IMG/VR virus record: IMGVR_UViG_3300016263_001470
Location: 1-42,367 of that record
Strand: one strand, 5' to 3'
DNA from: a virus
Lineage: Duplodnaviria; Caudoviricetes
Length of the DNA: 42,367 bases
The notes under the pieces: generated by a model
The model's input: the letters and a program-made list of their open reading frames with translations, nothing else
Database searches by the model: none
What the model was told of the DNA's origin: nothing
Shown: positions 34,830-42,367 of the stretch, piece after piece
Layout: each line of letters begins with the position of its first letter
How positions within the stretch are numbered: the first letter of the stretch is position 1
Position numbers and translations under genes: made by a program

Positions 34830-36100
34830 TCCGGCGCACTTACGGTTCGGTCAAAGACCAGCTTGCCCGCGTGACCCAGAACGGAATGTGTGCGACTGAC
34901 CCGCAGTTGCTGGCACGCACCAACGAAGCCCAGGAACGTTTGCTCAACAAAGGTCTTTATGCCGGGACTTATGGCCGGTATTCGGTGTGTGTTTACGGCG
35001 GATGTATTACGCTTCCTCGCGAGTTTGAATCCATTGTCGGTTACAATTTCGGCCAGGTCCCAGGACAGGTTTACAATGAATGGTATGAATTCATGGACAA
35101 CGGTCCCGGCATTGCCCCGGCCGGCGATTGGAAACGTCTGATCGACCGCGGGTATGTCTCCATGTTCCGCGACCTTCCGGGCCAGCGTTATTTAAAAGTT
35201 TATACCGATCAGGTTGAAGATACCACGTCCACCATTCTTTTTCGCGGGTCGGATACATACAATGATCGAATCCGCACCCAAGAAGACGGGGAATACATTG
35301 ACGGAGAGCGTTTGAATCTAAGCGCCGGCTCCGGGAACTCCAGCGTGCTTGTCGCCGGAATTAGCGGGACTTACAGCGATGGTAATGGGGTTTATCGTTG
35401 GGTTGGGACTTATAACTCCAAGCCTGTTTATAATAAACAAGGAACATATTACTTTATTTATAGCGATTCCGGAATAGGCGGTTTATGGGTCATTAAGAAA
35501 ACCCAGTCAATCTCGTTCGGAGACCCCAGCTGGCCCGGATCTTTTGCCCTTAGCCCTTTGCCTGTTTCTATCTCGGGCGACAACACATCCGCCTACCCTT
35601 GGCTGGTTACTTCTTTTTCCGGGCTTACTTTAACGCAATTATCTAGAATTACGTCTAACGCCTTTCGTCATGTTGACGCAATCAATAAAACCACAACCAA
35701 GGGATGGGTCCGTGTCTATGCCGTGGATCCCGACACTGGAGATGAAGCATGCGTGGCTATTCTGGCGCCCGACGAAACACTGCCCATGTACCGCCGGTAC
35801 GCGATTCCTGGATACCAAAATGAAAACGGCTCAGTCGCAACCGTGCTTGCCAAGCGTAAATTTATTCCGGTGACCTCGGATGATGACGATTTGATCGTCA
35901 CCAACCTTGGTGCCTTGAAAATGATGGCGATTGCCATCGAAAAAGAAGAAAACAACAACCTGGACGAAGCCGCCAAGTATGAGGCCAAAGCCCTGGATCT
36001 TCTCCGCGAAGAGTTGCGGGAAGTGCAAGGCTCGGCCCTTGGCCGGCCCCAGGTTCAAGTGGAAATGTTTGCGATGGGTGAAATTCCCAACATGGCATAA
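34826..36100 (+). CDS. Head-tail adaptor (tail tubular A-like)
   Basis: Helical ends (NEAQERLL; ALKMMA..AAKYE) around ITLPREFESI beta region. Confidence 0.6.
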   Translation: MIRRTYGSVKDQLARVTQNGMCATDPQLLARTNEAQERLLNKGLYAGTYGRYSVCVYGGCITLPREFESIVGYNFGQVPGQVYNEWYEFMDNGPGIAPAGDWKRLIDRGYVSMFRDLPGQRYLKVYTDQVEDTTSTILFRGSDTYNDRIRTQEDGEYIDGERLNLSAGSGNSSVLVAGISGTYSDGNGVYRWVGTYNSKPVYNKQGTYYFIYSDSGIGGLWVIKKTQSISFGDPSWPGSFALSPLPVSISGDNTSAYPWLVTSFSGLTLTQLSRITSNAFRHVDAINKTTTKGWVRVYAVDPDTGDEACVAILAPDETLPMYRRYAIPGYQNENGSVATVLAKRKFIPVTSDDDDLIVTNLGALKMMAIAIEKEENNNLDEAAKYEAKALDLLREELREVQGSALGRPQVQVEMFAMGEIPNMA

Positions 36101-36103
36101 TTT

Positions 36104-37096
36104 ATGGCGACCATATCTTCAGGTTCTAGAGTTTTTGGCGGTTACACTCCCGGCGGTGGTAGTGATTTTATAAGCGCGGCGAGCCAAGGGATTGGCAGTT
36201 TGTTTTCAGGCGTCCCTTCCAGACCGGATTTAATGGGCGGCATGAAGCCCGCTCAAGAAGCTTTTGGCCCGATTATTCAGGGAAGCACAGGTTCTTATAG
36301 AAAATTAGCCGGAGGTGGATATGTCAACGAAGCCGGCCAAAAAGTTTCAGGATTTTCCCGACCTAGCACATCGCGCATTAGCGGAGGTGGCGGAGGCGGG
36401 GGAGGAGGAGTTATGATGACATCACCATCACAAATAGAATTTTATCTTGGAAAACCCCCCGAACTTCAAAAACTTGAGCTAGATTACGCTCAGATGGGAA
36501 AGCGGATACAAGAAGCTAATTTACCAACAATTGAAGAGTATAAGCGAGCCACTCCCGGCGAAGAAGCAACCCTTCGGGCGTTGTCTCAGTCGGCGGCTGA
36601 TTATGCGGCTGGTAAAATACCCCAAAGTGTTTTGGAGCAAACCCAGCGTTCGATCGCCCAGGCTGGTTATGGAACCGGTCTTGGTGTGGGTGGAGGACGT
36701 AGGGCTGGCGGATTACAACGTGCTTTCGGAGCTCGGGATATTCTTACGACTTCGCTTGGCCTCCAACAACAGGCCCAGCAAATGGCCGCGGCAATCCCAC
36801 AAATCATGCAACAGCGTTATGCCGCCCAGTATCAAATTTCACCGACGCAGGTGTTTGACACGGCAGTTTCGCAAGCGTCGATCAATCAACAGTTGGCCAA
36901 TCAACAACTAATGATGAACTGGATGGCGCAGCCTTTGCCCGGTCAATTTGACGTAACCACCGGTTCCTTTGTTGGATTTGCCCCGGGAACTCGTAGCTCT
37001 ACCCGCCCAAATTATCCCGGAATGTCGACAACAGGATTTGGCTCTGCGGCAATGGCAAGAAATTGGACGGGTTCAGCCTATAATCCTTTTGGATAA
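36104..37096 (+). CDS. Internal virion/DNA ejection protein (putative)
   Basis: G/Q/A-rich, position after the adaptor. Confidence 0.55.
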   Translation: MATISSGSRVFGGYTPGGGSDFISAASQGIGSLFSGVPSRPDLMGGMKPAQEAFGPIIQGSTGSYRKLAGGGYVNEAGQKVSGFSRPSTSRISGGGGGGGGGVMMTSPSQIEFYLGKPPELQKLELDYAQMGKRIQEANLPTIEEYKRATPGEEATLRALSQSAADYAAGKIPQSVLEQTQRSIAQAGYGTGLGVGGGRRAGGLQRAFGARDILTTSLGLQQQAQQMAAAIPQIMQQRYAAQYQISPTQVFDTAVSQASINQQLANQQLMMNWMAQPLPGQFDVTTGSFVGFAPGTRSSTRPNYPGMSTTGFGSAAMARNWTGSAYNPFG

Positions 37097-37099
37097 TTT

Positions 37100-38608
37100 A
37101 TGCCCCTCAGCCCCAACGCCCCTGATTACGTAAGCCAAGTCCGAGGATTCCTCAGTGACTTGAGACAAGACGCTCGTCAACGGGACCAACTGGCTTTGGA
37201 AGCGTACCGCGCCGCTTCGGCCAATGCTCTAGGGTACGCACAGTTGGCCGCACAGCGCGAAAATAACGCCGCTCAAAGGGATTTGCAGGCCCGTCAGCTG
37301 GAAAACCAGCAGCTGCAGTATGCCACCGACCTTGAGAAATATCGTTTGTCGCAGGGTCAGAAATCTTTCTCCGATGATCTGGCCGAGCGTCGGCTTCAGT
37401 TCGATATGCAGAAAGAATCGATCAAGGCGCAGGAAGAAGCCCGCAAACGCCAGATGGAAGAGAACTCAGCCGTCATGCAGGCTGAACTTGAGATTGCTTA
37501 TGATTCAGGTGATCCCGAGAAGATCATGGCTGCGAATCAAAAAGCTGCCATGATTTTGCAATCTTCCGAAGCCACTCTTACCGCTCAGAAAGCTGCCAAG
37601 GATGCAATTACGACCAAGCGAATTATGGAGCAGGAGTCCGTCAATCTTCGCACCAACGATCAGGTTTACAATATCGCGGCCCAGCTTCAGCAAACTCCCG
37701 TCCAGCTTTTGACGGCCAACGAACTTCAGGGCATTTTGTCCGGAGCCCAGCAGGCTTACGCCCAGCTTGGCAACAACGACCCAGAAGCCAGAAAGTTTCT
37801 GATGGATTCAATTTCCAACCTCAATAACCAGTTCAAGACGGCCCGGGCGGACAAAAGCCAGCAGACGTTCAGAAACTTTTATCAGGTTGGTTTGCTTAAC
37901 GGTCTGAAAGACGCCGATCCTGAAGTGCAGGAGAAGTTTAATGCGATTTTGACGGCTTACCCTGCGGATGTACGCCCGACTTCCGCCGCGTTTCAGGATG
38001 AGATCACCCAGCTTGGAATGCAGTTTAATAAAAGAAATTCGGATAAGTTTATTGATATGGCCAACCAGCAGAACCAGAACATGCTGGCTAATTTGCAAAA
38101 AAGATTTCCGGATATTGCGATTGAAGAGCCGCCAGTTTTGCTAAAGGATTTTATTGGCGAAGACGGACACATTGACCCATTGGACGGAACAATTACGACA
38201 ACGGCCCGCAAAGAAATTGAAGCCTGGAGGAGCCGAACCAAAGCAAGATACGCTCCTAATGACCCGCTTGAAGCCTTGTTGGCTGGAGCCGCTGTTACAA
38301 CTGCCGCGACAAGGGCGGCTCCGTCGGCTCCCGCAACTGTGGCCACCGCACCCGCTCCGACACGGACAACCAGCCCGTTCGCCAATCTTAGCCCCAGCGA
38401 ACGGAACGTTGCTGAAACTCTTATTCTGGCTGATCCAAATTCGACGATCACTGTCAAGAGAAAAGATGGATCTACGGCAAGGCTCACCATGCGGCAGTAT
38501 GCGGATGAAAGGTTCAGCAAACTGGGCGGATATGCCGGATTGATGAACTACAGAAATTTGAAGACAAGCCAAACGGTTCCTGGTAATGTGGCTGGCGCCA
38601 AGGAATAA
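37100..38608 (+). CDS. Internal virion protein (putative)
   Basis: 502 aa, Q/A-rich helical. Confidence 0.55.
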   Translation: MPLSPNAPDYVSQVRGFLSDLRQDARQRDQLALEAYRAASANALGYAQLAAQRENNAAQRDLQARQLENQQLQYATDLEKYRLSQGQKSFSDDLAERRLQFDMQKESIKAQEEARKRQMEENSAVMQAELEIAYDSGDPEKIMAANQKAAMILQSSEATLTAQKAAKDAITTKRIMEQESVNLRTNDQVYNIAAQLQQTPVQLLTANELQGILSGAQQAYAQLGNNDPEARKFLMDSISNLNNQFKTARADKSQQTFRNFYQVGLLNGLKDADPEVQEKFNAILTAYPADVRPTSAAFQDEITQLGMQFNKRNSDKFIDMANQQNQNMLANLQKRFPDIAIEEPPVLLKDFIGEDGHIDPLDGTITTTARKEIEAWRSRTKARYAPNDPLEALLAGAAVTTAATRAAPSAPATVATAPAPTRTTSPFANLSPSERNVAETLILADPNSTITVKRKDGSTARLTMRQYADERFSKLGGYAGLMNYRNLKTSQTVPGNVAGAKE

Positions 38609-38621
38609 ATGAATCTTTGCC

Positions 38622-41600
38622 ATGCCACCCGAAGACAATCTTAACGAGCTGATTCAACAGGCCGACCCCCAGGATATCGTCATCGACGAATCCTCGGACG
38701 AGGTCATTGCGATACCCGGAGACCTTGTTGTCGATGAGACAACGGATTCCTTCGGTGGGGATCTGACCCAGTTGCCCAACATCGGAGACCTTCCCGAGGT
38801 CATGAGGCAGGCTCGGGATAACCCGACCCGCAAAGGCGGGCTTCTCAATTTCCGTATTCTTACCGACCGCTCTCCCGAGGCCGCGGCCACGTTCGATAAA
38901 GCCAGCCAGGGCGTTATCACCGATTTCTACAAGGAGATGTCCCAGATTAAAAAGGACACCGGCAATGAGCCTTCCGCACTGCAACAACTCTGGGGAACAG
39001 CCAAGGCCATGGGCCGTCAGTTTGCCGTTGGAGCGCGTTACGCGCAGGGGCTGGATGAAAAGGACATTGAAGCCCTTAATCAAGCCCAGATTTCCCGCCA
39101 GTATATCGGTGATCTTACGAATGACTTTGATATCCGTTTTGCCCTGACCAAGGGAGCCCAATACAAAAAGAAACTGGATGACGGCGAGGAAATCGCCAAG
39201 CCTGATGGCGATATGGTCGAGGTCGGCATGCGGTTTGGCGAACTGCCAGCGGTTGGAATGACACTTGGCCGCGCCCAGGAGTACCTCAAGGATCTTAAGG
39301 ACGACCGAACCAAGGCGATGGGCACCGCCGGCCTGCGGAACTTCGCCATCAAAACCGGTGATGCCTTTGTTCCGTTCGTCAATATCGGCGACATCATCGT
39401 TGATGAGAAAGACCCCGACCAGATTGCCAAACGTGCGGCATTGACGGAGGCGATCAACGAGGTGGTCACCAAGGATTACCTCAAGTCCACGCTGGCCGGA
39501 TCTGTCCTTGGTTCGCTTGGTCAATTCGCCCTCGGCACCGGACTTGCCCGCAAACTGATCTCACCTCCCGGAGCGGCATCCGCCACGGCTTACGGAATCC
39601 TCGGGGCGAGCCAGTCGCTCAAAAGCGACAAGCGTGACCTGACCTGGTACGACCGTCTCGTCGACGTTGGTACTGAGGCCATCACGCTTTACGGTGCCGA
39701 ACGGGTCGGCGAATCTTTGGAGCAAATCACCGAGAAATATCTGGCCAGGGAGATCGCCAAAAAGTCAATTTCCAAGAATGCGCCTTTGGCCGGTGCGGTA
39801 GCCCAGACGGCGATTGGCGCCGGGGCCATGACCCTTGGAGAGTTTACTTCCGAGGAAGTCGAGGCAATTTTGCGCGGGCAGGATCCGGTGGCGACAGCCG
39901 CGGAATCGTTTGCCGGTGCGGCTGGTGCCGGTCTTGGAATGCGCGGGCTTGGATTTAAAGGCAACTACGCCCGCCTGCAAAAACAGGTCAATCTTTTTAA
40001 AGGTATCGCTTTCCGCGAACAGATCGGTGCCGTGTTGGCCGATCCGGGGCTTTCGGAGGAACAGAAGACCGAGAGACTCCAGGCGATCCGCGCAAACTCA
40101 GGGGCTGCGTTCCAGCCTCTGTTTGATGTCGTTTTTGATGGGGTGACCAAAAAAGCGGCTTTGGACAAAGTCGATAAAACCGTCTCCCCCAGGACCCACG
40201 AGGAGCTCACCCGCCAGGTTGAGGATGCCGGCGCAAGGGTCGATGAGGAAGCTTCGAAGCTTGCAGACACACTGGCTGAGGAGGCCGCAGCCTCACGAGA
40301 ACAACCGCCTGCACCGACAGAACCTACCGCGGAAACAAAAGCACCCGCAAAGGTTGAAGGCAGTTCGGTCGTCATCGACAAACCCACGTTTGAGTACGAT
40401 CCTGAGGATCCTGCAAATGCAGAAATGCTCAAGGACGATCTCCTTGGCATCCTTGTCTCCAACCCGGGGAAAACAATCCGATTCGGACCGAGCCCCGAGA
40501 CGGAAGCTCTCGCCCGTTGGGCCGATGGCCGGGCGGATATGTATGTTGATTTTGACAAAAAGACCGGTGTACTGGTTATTCGTGGAATCAGAACCGGAGA
40601 TATTGATTCCCCGTATTGGGAAGGAGAAGCCGACCCAGAAGAACTTTTCCAGGAAGATAAAGACGCTGCTTATGCGGAAATTGAGGCGACTAAAAAATAC
40701 AGCACAGCCGAACTTGAAAGTATTTACGGCGAACTTGCCAAGGCAAGATCCGCGGCGGAAGTTGCATCGATTTATGCCAAGTATGTAAAGACCCCCGAGA
40801 GGGAAGCGGCCGAACAGAAAAAGATCGACGAGTTTTATAATTTGGATTTTGAAGCCCAGAACAACCCAAAGATTCGTTTTGATTTAAAAGAAGCTGATCG
40901 GTTGGAGCGTGAGGCAGAAGAGGCTGTACCGGAACAAGCACAGGCTTTACGCCAACAGGCCGCGGCTTTGCGGCAAAGGGCCAATGATCTTAAGGCTGAA
41001 GTGTTCCGCCAGGCGCAGGAAAAGAAAGCTTCCTCCCTGGAAGAAAAAGAAAATCAGATCAATCAAAAGATCGATCAAGGAAGACTGGCCCTCACCGACA
41101 CACTGACTATTCCGGCATTGGATCCCGAAGGCTCTACCATGAAATATTTGGCAGAGACTCCGGTAAGCGAGCGGGAAACCAAAAAAGAACTTCTCGGGGA
41201 AGTATTCGATCTAAACAATGAAGCAACCGTAAAACTTTTAAAGTCGCTTGGGGCGATTGACGAAAATACCGGCAAGCCTCTCATGAGTGCGGCTGAAACT
41301 ATCGAGGCCTTTGCCAACGAGAAAAAAGGTATTTTTGAATCCGGCAGATATCAAATTTATGCTCCGTTTGATTTTGCCGAGACCTTAATGGCCGCATTTA
41401 AAAATACTGTTTTGGAGCGCATCAGAAAAGGACAATCTCCGATTTATTTATCCAAGTCCCTTGATTTTGTAGAAGACAAACTTTTGGAAAAAGTAATTCC
41501 ACGGTTGAGGCAGCGTGGCGGAGTTATGGTTCCGTTACAGGAAGAACTGGTCGGAGAAGAAGGTGCTGTTGAAGGTGAAGAGGGTGCCGCCACGACGGAA

Positions 41601-42367
41601 CCGAGGGAAGTTGCCGGAAGGGAAAAGCCAATCGATGAACAGGTCGACGCCAACCTTCGCCGGCAACGGGAAGAGACTTCTTCCCTTGAGGCCAAAAGAT
41701 TGTTGCTTCCAGAGCTCCGCACACGGTTCCGCGAAAGCCTTCCGAATGATGAAGACAAGGCAATCTTTGATTCGACCTATGAGGGTGGAAATGTAAAGAC
41801 ATCCAAGCAGGTTGCCGCCGAAATCAATAAGTCTTTACAGACCGTGACCCGTAGACAGCTTCAACTTCGTAAACAGTTTCAAACATTCGCCCAGCAGGAG
41901 GTTCAGAAACGTCAGAGGGCCGGAACGATGCCGACTGCTCCGGTTGTCCAGACCCAGACACCCCAAGGAACCGTGGTGCAGACAGCCGTCCAGCCGAAAC
42001 GCCAAGTGACGGACCGAGTGTTGGATGCCCAGGATCTTTCTGACAGCGATGTAAAGCTTGTCATGCAACAGATCAGGCAGGCGTTGGATTTGGATTACAT
42101 CAGCGCAACTGATTACAACATGTTGATGAATGCTCCGGCTGGAAGCCCGATCGTGGGTATTTCAGTTTCCCGAGATGCCGACAACGCAATTAAAATCAAA
42201 GACTATTTGCAGGGAATGATTTTAGCCAGCGTTTCGGAGGAGACTGATCCGCAAACTCTTCTGGCTGACGCCAACGTTAATCTCGATAATTTTGCTGATT
42301 CACTAAGCCAAAAGTCTCTTGTCAACTACAAACAAGAAATTGAAGCTGCCGTTGCAAAATTCAATCA
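38622..42367 (+). CDS. Giant internal virion/polyvalent protein, truncated by window end (>1240 aa)
   Basis: Absent from the track because no stop falls in the window. ATG 38622 (MPPEDNLNE); frame checked open at start, ~40800, 41160-41900 and the end; Gly/Ala-rich hydrophobic segments ~39480-39960. Confidence 0.8.
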   Translation, partial: MPPEDNLNELIQQADPQDIVIDESSDEVIAIPGDLVVDETTDSFGGDLTQLPNIGDLPEVMRQARDNPTRKGGLLNFRILTDRSPEAAATFDKASQGVITDFYKEMSQIKKDTGNEPSALQQLWGTAKAMGRQFAVGARYAQGLDEKDIEALNQAQISRQYIGDLTNDFDIRFALTKGAQYKKKLDDGEEIAKPDGDMVEVGMRFGELPAVGMTLGRAQEYLKDLKDDRTKAMGTAGLRNFAIKTGDAFVPFVNIGDIIVDEKDPDQIAKRAALTEAINEVVTKDYLKSTLAGSVLGSLGQFALGTGLARKLISPPGAASATAYGILGASQSLKSDKRDLTWYDRLVDVGTEAITLYGAERVGESLEQITEKYLAREIAKKSISKNAPLAGAVAQTAIGAGAMTLGEFTSEEVEAILRGQDPVATAAESFAGAAGAGLGMRGLGFKGNYARLQKQVNLFKGIAFREQIGAVLADPGLSEEQKTERLQAIRANSGAAFQPLFDVVFDGVTKKAALDKVDKTVSPRTHEELTRQVEDAGARVDEEASKLADTLAEEAAASREQPPAPTEPTAETKAPAKVEGSSVVIDKPTFEYDPEDPANAEMLKDDLLGILVSNPGKTIRFGPSPETEALARWADGRADMYVDFDKKTGVLVIRGIRTGDIDSPYWEGEADPEELFQEDKDAAYAEIEATKKYSTAELESIYGELAKARSAAEVASIYAKYVKTPEREAAEQKKIDEFYNLDFEAQNNPKIRFDLKEADRLEREAEEAVPEQAQALRQQAAALRQRANDLKAEVFRQAQEKKASSLEEKENQINQKIDQGRLALTDTLTIPALDPEGSTMKYLAETPVSERETKKELLGEVFDLNNEATVKLLKSLGAIDENTGKPLMSAAETIEAFANEKKGIFESGRYQIYAPFDFAETLMAAFKNTVLERIRKGQSPIYLSKSLDFVEDKLLEKVIPRLRQRGGVMVPLQEELVGEEGAVEGEEGAATTEPREVAGREKPIDEQVDANLRRQREETSSLEAKRLLLPELRTRFRESLPNDEDKAIFDSTYEGGNVKTSKQVAAEINKSLQTVTRRQLQLRKQFQTFAQQEVQKRQRAGTMPTAPVVQTQTPQGTVVQTAVQPKRQVTDRVLDAQDLSDSDVKLVMQQIRQALDLDYISATDYNMLMNAPAGSPIVGISVSRDADNAIKIKDYLQGMILASVSEETDPQTLLADANVNLDNFADSLSQKSLVNYKQEIEAAVAKFN

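Noticed and set aside
38514-39524. 336 aa - strand ORF and other track ORFs beyond 38622
   Set aside because: Shadows of the giant + strand ORF that the track missed

Overview
About 42 kb of a tailed dsDNA phage genome with a podovirus-like layout: portal, scaffold, capsid, tail appendages, nozzle/adaptor and internal proteins, with no tape measure or tail tube seen. The host is probably diderm (inferred from the lipoprotein/spanin and the exported protease). The left arm (mostly - strand, 53-14376) carries replication genes: Holliday junction resolvase, SF2 helicase, a split Cas4/DUF2800-like nuclease, SSB-like protein, PolA and primase-helicase. These are followed by an unusual coupled block (Cys-rich protein, Erv1/Alr sulfhydryl oxidase, Cys-rich protein, HtrA protease), a G-run/iteron origin-like region, two glycosyltransferases and dCMP deaminase. 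The right arm (+ strand) carries terminase, head, lysis and tail genes, and a giant internal virion protein that runs off the window. Best leads: (1) a poxvirus/ASFV-type disulfide-forming oxidase in a bacteriophage, alongside Cys-tagged tail proteins; (2) two highly structured intergenic RNAs (29228-29389 and the capsid leader 20037-20230); (3) a sigma region-4-like domain inside the giant protein. All calls come from motifs read by eye; no searches or folding programs were run.
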